From Hydrurus foetidus (lineage: Eukaryota), in contig UYFQ01000005.1 in the NCBI GenBank assembly GCA_900617105.1, positions 186,001 through 250,000 of the forward strand: a DNA stretch of 64,000 nt. Direction: 5' to 3'. Of this stretch, positions 48,896-58,552 are shown piece by piece. The notes beneath the pieces were generated by a model. That model was given only the letters and a program-made list of their open reading frames with translations, was not told where the DNA came from and made no database searches. Each line of letters begins with the position of its first letter. The first letter of the stretch is position 1. The position numbers were made by a program, and so were the translations under genes.

Positions 48896-49690
48896 TCAAC
48901 CGACAACCGACACCTGCGCCAGACCAGCATCCACGATCAAACTTTGACCCGTGATCCCTGCGCTCTCTTCACTGGCCAAGAACAACGTAGGCCGGGCCAC
49001 ATGCTCTGATTCCAAGCGGAATTTGAGGCATTGCAGGTCAATGAATTTTTGGTCTTCTTCGGGGTTGCGCCACAGAGCACTTTGGCGCTCGGTGACGATG
49101 GCACCGGGCACCAAGGCGTTCACGCGGATGCCGAATTCGCCCAGTTCTCTGGCGAGGCTGCGGGTCATGCCGCTGATCGCCGCTTTGCTGGTGGTGTAGC
49201 CGATCAAGTTGGGGCGGCCACGCATCCAGCTGATGCTGCCCATGTTGATGATGCTGCCGGGGAGCCCTGCGGCGCGGAGTTGGCGGGCCACGGTTTGGGT
49301 GGCGAAGACGTGGTGGCGCAAGTTGAGGTTGAGGCAGTTGTCCCAGTAGTCGGGGGTTAACTCGTCCAGGCTGTGGCGATCGTCGCGCCCGGCATTGTTG
49401 ACCAGCACCTGGATAGGGCCGAAGTGCTGGCCTACGCGCTCCAGCAGGGCTTGGACAGCAGGGACATCGCGCACATCGCAGGCTTCGTAGTACGGTGTGT
49501 GACAAAGGGGCGGTTGGCCTGCTTGGGTGATCTCAGCGATCAGCGCATCGCCGCCGCCTGGTTTAGTGCCGCAAAACGCAACTTTCGCGCCTTGCGCAGC
49601 AAACGACTTGACCAGCTCAGCGCCTATGCCTGAGCTGCCGCCTGAAATGAAGACGGTTTTGCCGGCCAGTGTGGGGTAGCTTGCACGCAT
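48896..49690 (-). CDS. SDR sugar 1-dehydrogenase (candidate sulfoquinovose dehydrogenase)
   Basis: SGGSSGIG, NNAGRDDRH, YTTSK; XylB-like. Confidence 0.8.
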   Translation of the reverse strand: MRASYPTLAGKTVFISGGSSGIGAELVKSFAAQGAKVAFCGTKPGGGDALIAEITQAGQPPLCHTPYYEACDVRDVPAVQALLERVGQHFGPIQVLVNNAGRDDRHSLDELTPDYWDNCLNLNLRHHVFATQTVARQLRAAGLPGSIINMGSISWMRGRPNLIGYTTSKAAISGMTRSLARELGEFGIRVNALVPGAIVTERQSALWRNPEEDQKFIDLQCLKFRLESEHVARPTLFLASEESAGITGQSLIVDAGLAQVSVVG

Positions 49691-49742
49691 GAATACTCCT
49701 GAATAAATAGCAGCATACGCCTATAGGACGTGCTGAAATGGG

Positions 49743-50600
49743 CTAAATAGGTTTGATTTTTACCTGCATCCAGGCTACCGTGGTGGCCTGGGGCTGTAGG
49801 ACGCGCACGCCCAGTGCCACCAACGCATCTTGCGTGCGCAGCGTGCCCAAGGCGTTGTTCACGTGGCTGACGGGTTCGATGGCGATAAAGTCTTTGCTGG
49901 GGTGGGTGAACACCACCAGATGGTTCAGCGACGATTGCAACTGGGTTTGAAACTGGCCATCGCGCAGGTGCAGCGTGCCTGCCCAGCCGTCAAAGCAGTG
50001 GTCTATGTCCAGCGCGTCACAGACGGCTTGCAGGCCGGAGGAGGTTTCGCGGTGTGCAGGCAGCTTGTCGTCGCCCATCGCCCAGCGGCCCGCCGCTTCA
50101 AACTGCACTTGGCTGCCAGGGCGTTTGACGAGAAACGGATGCCAGCCCAAGCCCACGGGTGCCGGGTGAGCGGCCTCGTTGGTAAGTGCCAAGCGCAGGG
50201 TGAGGCCTTGGTCGTCCAGTAGAAAGGTTTGCATGCAGGTGAACGCGAACGGCCATGCGGTATCGGGCAAGTGGGTGTAGCGCAAAGTGGCGGTGGTGTC
50301 GCTGGCAGTGACAACCTCCCAAGCACGCTCCCAAGCTGCGCCGTGGATGGCGTGGGCTTCGGGGGCGAAATTCGGCGTTAAGGGGTACACAGCGCCCGCC
50401 CAGTGCATTTGCGCGTTGCCGATGCGGTTGGAAAAGGGCACCAGCGGGTAGCTGGCGCTGGTGCGCACGCTGTGCAACCGCGCTGCGGGCGTGGAGCGCA
50501 GCACGGGCACGCCTGAGCGCCACAGGCCAGCGATGCAGCCACCCAGATCCGGCCTCAGCGCCAAGCGCAAATCACCGCAGACCAGCGCCAAACCCGCCAT
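49743..50600 (-). CDS. Aldose 1-epimerase (candidate SQ mutarotase)
   Basis: PFSNRI, AIHG, GWHP, IEPVSH. Confidence 0.85.
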   Translation of the reverse strand: MAGLALVCGDLRLALRPDLGGCIAGLWRSGVPVLRSTPAARLHSVRTSASYPLVPFSNRIGNAQMHWAGAVYPLTPNFAPEAHAIHGAAWERAWEVVTASDTTATLRYTHLPDTAWPFAFTCMQTFLLDDQGLTLRLALTNEAAHPAPVGLGWHPFLVKRPGSQVQFEAAGRWAMGDDKLPAHRETSSGLQAVCDALDIDHCFDGWAGTLHLRDGQFQTQLQSSLNHLVVFTHPSKDFIAIEPVSHVNNALGTLRTQDALVALGVRVLQPQATTVAWMQVKIKPI

Positions 50601-51724
50601 CAGTAGCCTGCGGGCAGCACGTCGCTCAGGGCCACGGGCAGACCGGTTTCTATGCTGCGGTGAGCGGCCAGGCCAGTGGCCACGCTGCGCATACCGTCTT
50701 CCAGGCTGACCTCAGGGGGCAAGCCTTGGCGGATGGCGTGGGCGAACTTTTGGTGTTCGATGTACGAAGCACCAAAGTGCTGCCCGGCGTAGCGGATGTT
50801 GGTGTCCCACACCCGGCGCACGGCCACGCCTTTGCCGCTGCCCGAAGGCTGGCCCCATACTTTGCGCGTGCCCCAGTCTTCACGGCGACCGTGGCGCAGG
50901 GTAAGCGAGGGAATCAGCGATTCCAGCTTGCCCTCGTCACCCACCACGGTGACATGCTCGTTGTCCACGGAGTTCTCAGCGAACATGCACAAATCGAGCA
51001 TGGCGCGGGCACCGCTGGCGTATTCGACGATGACGTAGGCGCTGTCCAGAATGTCGGGTTGCTGGCCGTCGTAGCGCTCGTTCAGGTGGTTGACACGTTG
51101 TGCACCCGAGGCGAACACGCGCACCGGCTTCTCTTGCAAGATGAAATCCATCAGGTTGAAGTAGTGGCAGCATTTCTCAACCAAGGTGCCACCGGTGTTG
51201 GCGGTGAAACGGTTCCAGTCGTCCACCTTGGGGTAAAACGGCTCGCGGTGTTCACGAATCGCCACTTGGTGCAAGCGCCCTACCGCCCCACCATGGGCCA
51301 TGCGGATCATCTCGGCCACGGGCGGCATGTAGCGGTACTCTTGCGCTACCCACACCAGCGGGCTGCGGCCCTGGGCTTTTTGCAGCAAATCCAGACAATC
51401 GGCCACGTTGGTGCAGAGCGGTTTTTCGATCAATAAATGCGCCTTGGTGGGCAAGGCCAGGCGCATCACATCGGCGTGGGTGAAGTTGGGCGTGGCAATG
51501 ACGATGGCATCACACAGATCACTGTCAAGCAGGTCTTCAAAGCGCTCAAACAGGCGGGGAGTGACGGCGGCACCACTCAGCAAGGCGCTGGCGGCTTGGC
51601 GGCTGGCCTCGTGAGGGTCGGCCAGAGCCACAACTTGCGCACCGTCGAGCGCCCGGATGTTTTCGATGTGCTCGCGGCCCATGCTGCCGCAACCAATGAT
51701 GCCGTAGCGAATTGTCTGAATCAT
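50600..51724 (-). CDS. Gfo/Idh/MocA protein, probable NAD+-dependent sulfoquinovosidase (GH188 type)
   Basis: GCGSMG, IEKP, EYRYMPP, REHREPF..KV.DWNRF...TGGTLVEKCCH; cluster context. Confidence 0.65.
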   Translation of the reverse strand: MIQTIRYGIIGCGSMGREHIENIRALDGAQVVALADPHEASRQAASALLSGAAVTPRLFERFEDLLDSDLCDAIVIATPNFTHADVMRLALPTKAHLLIEKPLCTNVADCLDLLQKAQGRSPLVWVAQEYRYMPPVAEMIRMAHGGAVGRLHQVAIREHREPFYPKVDDWNRFTANTGGTLVEKCCHYFNLMDFILQEKPVRVFASGAQRVNHLNERYDGQQPDILDSAYVIVEYASGARAMLDLCMFAENSVDNEHVTVVGDEGKLESLIPSLTLRHGRREDWGTRKVWGQPSGSGKGVAVRRVWDTNIRYAGQHFGASYIEHQKFAHAIRQGLPPEVSLEDGMRSVATGLAAHRSIETGLPVALSDVLPAGY

Positions 51725-51761
51725 GATGTTGAGTTGAAAAAGGGAAAAGTAGATGGCTGAA

Positions 51762-52592
51762 TCACCCTTTGAGACCGCCTTGCGTCAGCCCACCTACCAC
51801 ACGCTCTTGAAAGATCGCAATCAGCACCGCAATCGGTACGATCGCCACAATCAAGGCGGCGGAGATGATGGGCCAGGGGAAACTGAACTCACCTTGGTAC
51901 AGGCTGATGCCCACCGGCAAAGTGCGCATGGTGGCCCCGGAGTTGAGCGACAGGGCGAGCAAAAACTCGTCCCAAGCGTTCACAAAGGCCAAAATGCCAG
52001 CGGTAAAAATACCGGGTGCCGCCAAGGGCACCACCACCTGCCACAAGGCCCCCATGCGGGTACAGCCGTCGATCATGGCGGCGTTTTCCAGGTCTTTGGG
52101 AATGCTCTGGAAGAAGCTCACCAACACCAGCGTACACACGGGCAGATTCAGCACCACATAGGGCAACACCAGGGCGGTATAGCTGTTGAGCAGACCCAGC
52201 GTGCGCATGGTCTCGAAAATCGGCACCAACAGCGTGACCAGCGGGAACATGCTGGACGCGACAATGGCCGTCAAAATCATCTGCTTGTGCTTGAGGTTCA
52301 GCCGAGCAATGGCGTACGCGGCAAAGGCGGAAACCAACAGCGATAGCGCGGTAGATACCAGCGCCACCCAAAGGCTGTTGCCCAAATAGCGCAGCAGTGG
52401 CTGGTCGGTGAAGGCCTGCACGTAGTTTTCAAACGTAGGGCTGTGCGGGAACCAGGTGATCGGTTTTTGCACCAGCTCCACTTCCTTTTTCAAGGAGGTG
52501 AACAAAATCCACACGGCGGGGAAAAAACCGTTGAAGACCACCATCACCGCTGCGGCAATGCGCAAGTTGGTGGAAGACCATAAATTGTTCAT
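51762..52592 (-). CDS. Carbohydrate ABC permease
   Basis: LENAAMIDGC, AWDEFL. Confidence 0.9.
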   Translation of the reverse strand: MNNLWSSTNLRIAAAVMVVFNGFFPAVWILFTSLKKEVELVQKPITWFPHSPTFENYVQAFTDQPLLRYLGNSLWVALVSTALSLLVSAFAAYAIARLNLKHKQMILTAIVASSMFPLVTLLVPIFETMRTLGLLNSYTALVLPYVVLNLPVCTLVLVSFFQSIPKDLENAAMIDGCTRMGALWQVVVPLAAPGIFTAGILAFVNAWDEFLLALSLNSGATMRTLPVGISLYQGEFSFPWPIISAALIVAIVPIAVLIAIFQERVVGGLTQGGLKG

Positions 52593-53494
52593 GCTGAGCG
52601 TCCGATCCGCTTGAGGTAAAAGCCCGTGACCACCAGCGAGAGCAAGAACATGCACACCGCCAATGTAGAACCATAGCCCACATCGAGGTAATCGATGGTG
52701 GTTTTGTGGATGAGCATCGACAGGGTTTCGGTCGCATTGCCCGGTCCGCCTTTGGTCATGGTGTAAGGAATATCAAAGGTTTGCAGCGCAGTAATGGTGC
52801 GAAAAATCATTGCTACGATGATGCTGGGCATCAGCATAGGGATGGTGATTTGCCAAAACTGTTGCCAGCGGCTCGCACCGTCCACCTCCGCAGCTTCATA
52901 GAGCGTTTTGGGGATCATTTGCAAACCGGCCAACAAAATCAGCGCCATGAAAGACGATGTTTTCCAGATGATGGTGATGCAAATCGCCGCAAACGCCCAG
53001 TTGGGTTTAAGCAACCACATGGTGGCGGATTCCCCACCCAGGCGACGCACCACGTCGTTGATGACACCGTATTCGGTGTGGAAGAACCACGCAAAAATCA
53101 ACCCACAAAAGCTCAAAGGCAAGGCCCAGGGCAGCAGCAGCGCCAAGCGCACCGGCCACTTGCGCTTGAACGGCAGGTTCGCCAACATGGCCAACCCCAA
53201 ACCCACCACCAAGGCACCGGGGACGGTGATGAAGGTAATGAGCAGGGTGTTTTTGGTGGCGTTCCAAAAATCAGCGTCATTGAAGACATCGGCGTAGTTG
53301 CTCCAGCCCACAAACTTGACAGCACCGGAGCCGCCCGACAGGCGCAGGTCAAAAAAGCTGTTGAAAATCAACTTGCCTATCGGGTAGGCCACGATCATCG
53401 CCAGCAAAATGAAGGCCGGAGCCAGCAGCAAAAAGCCCAGTGTCTTTTCAGACGGGTCACGCAAGGTGTCACGCAGTTTGGCAAACACAGGCAT
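52589..53494 (-). CDS. Carbohydrate ABC permease
   Basis: LYEAAEVDGA, GGPGNAT. Confidence 0.9.
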   Translation of the reverse strand: MPVFAKLRDTLRDPSEKTLGFLLLAPAFILLAMIVAYPIGKLIFNSFFDLRLSGGSGAVKFVGWSNYADVFNDADFWNATKNTLLITFITVPGALVVGLGLAMLANLPFKRKWPVRLALLLPWALPLSFCGLIFAWFFHTEYGVINDVVRRLGGESATMWLLKPNWAFAAICITIIWKTSSFMALILLAGLQMIPKTLYEAAEVDGASRWQQFWQITIPMLMPSIIVAMIFRTITALQTFDIPYTMTKGGPGNATETLSMLIHKTTIDYLDVGYGSTLAVCMFLLSLVVTGFYLKRIGRSA

Positions 53495-53498
53495 CCCC

Positions 53499-54761
53499 TC
53501 AGCGCATGATGCGGTTCAAGCGGCTTTCGATCTCGCCCACGCCTTCAGCTGCTGTTTTGGTACGCGCCAGCACGGCGCTGGTGGTGGTGCGAATCACGTC
53601 GCTGACCTCTCCGTACCGGGCGCTGATGGGGCGGCTTTGCCCTGCCACCACCACAGCAGCGGCATCTTTGAACCATGGCACTTCTTTCACTACTTCAGGG
53701 TCGCTATAAACGCTTTGCACGGTGGGCAACAGCGAGCCTTCTTTGGCCAAAAACTTAGACGATGCGGGCGAAGAGATGAACTGCACGATTTTGGCCGCTG
53801 CGGCCTTGTTTTTACTGAACGCACTCACCGCCCACTGCCAGCCCCCCACACAGGTGGCGCTCTTGCCCCCGGCCATGGCGGGCAAGGGCATCACGCCGAC
53901 TTTGCCTTTGACGTTGCTGTCAGCATCGTCTTTGAAGCGGTCCCACGCAAAACCCCAGTTGATGCCGAACACCACTTGACCGGCTTTGAACTCGTTCACG
54001 GTGTCTGGTGTTTTGACTTCGGCTATGTTCTTTTTGGCCACACCCTGGTCCACCAAATTCAGCCACATGTCCATGCCTTTGGTGGCAGCTGCTTTGTCGA
54101 GTGTCATCTTGCCGGCGGCATCGTTGAAGGCTTTGCCTTGGCTCCAGTAGGGCAGCATGAAGGTGCATACCGCGCCTTCAATAGGCGCGCCTTGGAAGCT
54201 CAGGCCTTGCAGGTTGGGATTCTTTTCACCGGCCATGATGGTTTTGGAGGCAGCGGCCAGCTCATCCCAAGTTTTAGGTTCCTTGAGCGCGTATTTTTCG
54301 AGCAGGTCTTTGCGGTAGTACATGAACATCGCATCGGCAAACGCCGGCATGGCGGCGAGCTTGCCGTTCACCACGTTGGCCGTGCTGTACACCGGCAAAT
54401 AAGGGGCCAATGCGGCCGGGCCACCGAGGTAAGCGTCCAGTGGCTCCAGCCACCCAGCAGCCATGTACTGCGCAGGGTTCACGATATCGATCATGTACAC
54501 GTCGATGGTTTCATCTTTGGCGTTCAGCACAGTACTGAGGTACTGGCGTTGCAGCTCCGACGTGGCACCGCCCGTTTCCATGTCGATTTTGACGCTGGGG
54601 TTTTGTTTTTGGTACTCGTCAAACAGCTTTCGCATCAGGTCAGGGCGCTGATTTTGCCCACCCGAAAAAATGCGAACCGTGGTTTGCTGGGCCAAGGCGA
54701 TGTGGCTGGCCGAGGCGCAAGCCAGGGCAGCGAGAACTTGAAGGACTGTACGTTTTTGCAT
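53499..54761 (-). CDS. Carbohydrate ABC substrate-binding protein
   Basis: Signal peptide, YYRKDLL, PKTWDEL, GGWQWAV. Confidence 0.9.
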   Translation of the reverse strand: MQKRTVLQVLAALACASASHIALAQQTTVRIFSGGQNQRPDLMRKLFDEYQKQNPSVKIDMETGGATSELQRQYLSTVLNAKDETIDVYMIDIVNPAQYMAAGWLEPLDAYLGGPAALAPYLPVYSTANVVNGKLAAMPAFADAMFMYYRKDLLEKYALKEPKTWDELAAASKTIMAGEKNPNLQGLSFQGAPIEGAVCTFMLPYWSQGKAFNDAAGKMTLDKAAATKGMDMWLNLVDQGVAKKNIAEVKTPDTVNEFKAGQVVFGINWGFAWDRFKDDADSNVKGKVGVMPLPAMAGGKSATCVGGWQWAVSAFSKNKAAAAKIVQFISSPASSKFLAKEGSLLPTVQSVYSDPEVVKEVPWFKDAAAVVVAGQSRPISARYGEVSDVIRTTTSAVLARTKTAAEGVGEIESRLNRIMR

Positions 54762-54837
54762 GGTTGTCTCCGTTATAAATACCGTCGAGGTGAATCGTGA
54801 GGGGTAAAACGAGCAGCGCAGTGCTGCGAAAGGGGTC

Positions 54838-55914
54838 TCAGTGCAACGCCGCACCGGTTTGGCTGTCAAACAAATGCATATGTGCTTTGCTCAGGTAAAT
54901 CGGCACGGTGGTGCCAGGGGCCAGGTTGAAGCTGGCCGCACAGCGCGCCACCAACTCCACCTCACCCAAGCTGAACGTGACCAGCGTCTCGGCTCCCAGT
55001 GGCTCACTCAGCACAACTTTGGCGGGCAACTCAACCGCACCCAACGTGCCGGTGGGCGAAAGACCAATGTTCTCGGGGCGAATGCCAAAGGTCATGGTCT
55101 TGGGCGGCGCTGCGGGGATCAGACCTGTGGGCGCATCGAAAGCAGCAGAACCCACAGTGATGCGCGGCCCTTGTACGTTACAAGCTACTAAATTCATAGC
55201 AGGTGAGCCTGTAAAACCAGCTACAAACAGCGCTGCAGGCGTGTTGTAGATGTCGAAAGGTGTGGCGTACTGCATTTTGTTTCCCGCGCTCAGCACGGCG
55301 ATACGGTCAGCCAGCGTCATGGCTTCCACCTGATCGTGCGTCACGTAGATGATGGTGGCACCGAGGCGCTGGTGCAGTTTTTTGATCTCGGTGCGCATCT
55401 CACCACGCAGTTGGGCATCGAGGTTGGAAAGCGGTTCGTCAAACAAAAAAACCTTGGGTTGGCGCACGATGGCGCGGCCAATCGCCACCCGTTGGCGTTG
55501 CCCGCCCGACAGCGCACCGGGTTTGCGCTCCAGCATGTGGTCAATGCGCAGCAGCTTGGCCGCATCCATCACGCGGCGCTTGATTTCAGCCTCATCCGTG
55601 CCGCGAAGGCGCAGACCGAAGGCCATGTTGTCGTACAGACTTTTGTGCGGGTACAGCGCATAGTCTTGGAACACCATCGCAATGTCGCGGTTACGTGGGG
55701 GTTCGTCGTTCACGCGCTTTCCCCCGATCAGCACGTCACCGCTGCTGATCGTTTCCAGCCCTGCGATCATGCGCAGCAGCGTGGATTTGCCACAGCCCGA
55801 GGGGCCGACAAATACCACAAATTCGCCATCTTTGATCTGCAAATCAATGCCGTGGATAACTTTGGTCTTGCCGTCATACGATTTGGCAACCTGCTTGAGT
55901 TCTACGTTCGCCAT
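54838..55914 (-). CDS. Carbohydrate ABC ATPase (MalK/UgpC type)
   Basis: GPSGCGKS, LSGGQRQR, FDEPLSNLD, TOBE tail. Confidence 0.93.
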   Translation of the reverse strand: MANVELKQVAKSYDGKTKVIHGIDLQIKDGEFVVFVGPSGCGKSTLLRMIAGLETISSGDVLIGGKRVNDEPPRNRDIAMVFQDYALYPHKSLYDNMAFGLRLRGTDEAEIKRRVMDAAKLLRIDHMLERKPGALSGGQRQRVAIGRAIVRQPKVFLFDEPLSNLDAQLRGEMRTEIKKLHQRLGATIIYVTHDQVEAMTLADRIAVLSAGNKMQYATPFDIYNTPAALFVAGFTGSPAMNLVACNVQGPRITVGSAAFDAPTGLIPAAPPKTMTFGIRPENIGLSPTGTLGAVELPAKVVLSEPLGAETLVTFSLGEVELVARCAASFNLAPGTTVPIYLSKAHMHLFDSQTGAALH

Positions 55915-55956
55915 CTTGTCTCCTGGTTTTTTTAGGGTTAAAAGTACAAAGCCGCG

Positions 55957-56757
55957 TCAATAGCCCTGGCTGTGAATTTGGATGTCTTGAGAGCGAATGG
56001 CAGACAAGGTGCTGGCGCAGTTGCGCATCAGCAAGCCCAAATCTGACGCGCAGGCCAGAAAATCGAACCCCATCGCGCGGTAAGTGGCCACCGCTTCGGG
56101 TGTGCCGCCTACTGTGCCTATGGGCTTGCCCACAGCGTGGACACGGCGCACGGCATCGTGCGTGACGGCCAGCACGTCAGGGTGCATCAGGTTGCCCACA
56201 TGGCCCATGGCACCGCTCAGGTCACCCGGCCCGATAAACAAGGCATCCACACCGGGAACACTGGCGATCTCTTCGAGACGCTCCAGCGCGTAAGGGGATT
56301 CAATCTGCACGATCACGCCGATGCCGTCGTTGGCGACTTTAAAATAGTCTTTCACCGTACCAAAGCGCGAGCCCCGGCTCATGGCGGCCATGCCGCGCAC
56401 GCCCTGCGGTGCATATTTCGTAGCAGCTACCGCACGTCTGGCCTCGTCAGCGTCTTGAATGAAGGGGAACAACACCGTCTGCGCACCGGCATCGAGCACG
56501 CGCTTGACCATCACCGTGTCGTTCCACGGCACGCGGGTCACGGGCACCATCGGCGTACCGGCGATGGCTTGCAGCACATGCACAACATCCATCTGGTCCA
56601 GCGGTGTGTGCTCCATATCAACCACAGCCCAGTCAAAACCCGCGCAACCCACCGCTTCGGCAATCACCGGGCTGGCCGACATGATCCAGGTACCTACGGG
56701 GTAGCCGCCGGGCAAGTCGGTGCGGGCGAGCAGAGAAAAGAAAGGGTTTTTCATCAA
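55957..56757 (-). CDS. HpcH/HpaI aldolase (candidate KDSG aldolase)
   Basis: DMEH, TRVPWND, KRVLDAGA, QIES, FIGPGDLS. Confidence 0.88.
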   Translation of the reverse strand: MMKNPFFSLLARTDLPGGYPVGTWIMSASPVIAEAVGCAGFDWAVVDMEHTPLDQMDVVHVLQAIAGTPMVPVTRVPWNDTVMVKRVLDAGAQTVLFPFIQDADEARRAVAATKYAPQGVRGMAAMSRGSRFGTVKDYFKVANDGIGVIVQIESPYALERLEEIASVPGVDALFIGPGDLSGAMGHVGNLMHPDVLAVTHDAVRRVHAVGKPIGTVGGTPEAVATYRAMGFDFLACASDLGLLMRNCASTLSAIRSQDIQIHSQGY

Positions 56758-58487
56758 AATATCACCGGTTCAGGAAGTTGTTCAGGGCTTTGCAAAAAGT
56801 CGAAATCGCAGCCTTCGTGGGCTTGCGTCACGTGCTGCTGGTACAGGCGCACATAGCCACGTGGGGTGATGGCGGCGGGCTTGGGCAGTGCCGTACGGCG
56901 CTGCGCCAATTCGTCGTCGCTGACGTGCAGGTGCAGCAAGCGGCGCGCTAAATCCAGCTCAATCACGTCGCCATTGCGCACCAGCGCCAAGCAACCGCCC
57001 ACTGCGCTTTCAGGCGAGATATGCAGCACGCAGGTGCCGTAGTGGGTGCCACTCATGCGGGCATCGGAGAGGCGCAGCATGTCGCGCACACCGGCTTGCA
57101 GCAGCTTTTGAGGAATCGGCAGGTTGCCCCACTCGGGCATCCCCGGCCCGCCTACGGGGCCAGCGTTGCGCAGCACCAGCACGGTGTTGGCATCGCAGTC
57201 CAACTCGGGGTCAGCCATTGCTGCCAGCATAGCGGGCGGATTGTCAAACACCAGGGCACGGCCTTGGTGCTGTAGCAAGCTGGGCGTGGCGGCGCTGGGT
57301 TTGATGACGGCCCCTTCGGGGGCCAGATTGCCATGTAGCACGGCCAGTGCGGTCTGTGCCACGGGCGTGTCCAGCGGGCGAATGACGGTATCGTCATGCA
57401 CTTGGGCTGTGGCAATTTGCTCACCCAGGGTGATGCCGCTGATGGTCAACTCGTCCAATGACAGGTGTTCACTGATGACTTTCATCAGTGCGGGCAGGCC
57501 ACCGGCGTAGTAGAAGTCTTCCATCAACTTGTCGCCGTTGGGGAACAGGTTGGCGATGACGGGCACCTTGCGGCCCATCGCGTCCAGATCACTCAAATTC
57601 AATGCCACACCCGCCCGATGAGCCATCGCGATGAGGTGAACGCAGGCGTTGGTGGATCCTCCCAAGGCCATTTGCACAGCCAGTGCGTTCTGAAAAGAAC
57701 CACGGGTCAGGATGCGTTTCGGGGTTAAATCTTCCCAGACCATTTCCACAATCCGCTGTCCACAATCTGTCGCCATGCGGGTGTGGGCCGAATCCATCGC
57801 TGGGATCGAGCTGGCACCAGACAGCGTCAAGCCCAACGCTTCAACGATGCTGGTCATGGTGGAGGCCGTGCCCATGGTGTTGCAGGTGCCGGGCGCGCGG
57901 GTCATGCGGCCTTCCAGCGATTGCAGCTCTTTGGCGTCTATTTTTCCGGCCTGGAATTCATCCCAAAACATGCGGGTGTGGGTACCAGCACCGACAGTTT
58001 GCGAGACACCGTTTTTGACATACCGGTCGTTCAGCATGAAACCTGCGGGGCAAAACAGCATGGGAATGCCCGCACTGCACGCGCCCATTACCGTGCCAGG
58101 CGTGGTTTTGTCACAGCCCGCCAGAATCACCACACCGTCGCAGGGCAGGCTTCGCAGCAGCTCTTCAACTTCCATCGCCAAAAAGTTGCGGTACAGCATG
58201 GTGGTGGGCTTAACCATCACTTCGCCTAAGCTCATTGCGGGCAGCTCTACCGGAAAAGCACCGGCCAGCAAGATGCCGCGTTTTACCGCTTCGGCGCGCT
58301 CGCGCAAGTGGGAATGGCAGGGCGACAAGTCGCTCCAGGTGTTCAGCACAGCGATGAGAGGGCGTTCCATCACGTCCTCTCGCCGGATGCCCTGCTGCTG
58401 CATACGTTGACGGTGCGCAAAGCCCCGCATACCCGCGTCTGAGAACCAGAGGCGGCTGCGCAATTCAGACAAAGTTTTTTTAATCAC
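56754..58487 (-). CDS. IlvD/Edd sugar-acid dehydratase (candidate sulfogluconate dehydratase)
   Basis: PCH, GCDKT, GTCNTMGTAS, GGSTN, GMPE, SDARMSGT; start uncertain. Confidence 0.88.
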   Translation of the reverse strand: MIKKTLSELRSRLWFSDAGMRGFAHRQRMQQQGIRREDVMERPLIAVLNTWSDLSPCHSHLRERAEAVKRGILLAGAFPVELPAMSLGEVMVKPTTMLYRNFLAMEVEELLRSLPCDGVVILAGCDKTTPGTVMGACSAGIPMLFCPAGFMLNDRYVKNGVSQTVGAGTHTRMFWDEFQAGKIDAKELQSLEGRMTRAPGTCNTMGTASTMTSIVEALGLTLSGASSIPAMDSAHTRMATDCGQRIVEMVWEDLTPKRILTRGSFQNALAVQMALGGSTNACVHLIAMAHRAGVALNLSDLDAMGRKVPVIANLFPNGDKLMEDFYYAGGLPALMKVISEHLSLDELTISGITLGEQIATAQVHDDTVIRPLDTPVAQTALAVLHGNLAPEGAVIKPSAATPSLLQHQGRALVFDNPPAMLAAMADPELDCDANTVLVLRNAGPVGGPGMPEWGNLPIPQKLLQAGVRDMLRLSDARMSGTHYGTCVLHISPESAVGGCLALVRNGDVIELDLARRLLHLHVSDDELAQRRTALPKPAAITPRGYVRLYQQHVTQAHEGCDFDFLQSPEQLPEPVIF

Positions 58488-58510
58488 AAGAGTTCGGTAC
58501 TTGGCGTTGA

Positions 58511-58526
58511 GTGTTACCGCTAACAT
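58511..58526. promoter_or_regulatory. LacI-family (gluconate repressor type) operator
   Basis: GTGTTA-CCGC-TAACAT matches ATGTTA-N4-TAACAT between divergent genes. Confidence 0.75.
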
Positions 58527-58552
58527 TAACCGCTGTTGGCTACACTGTCATA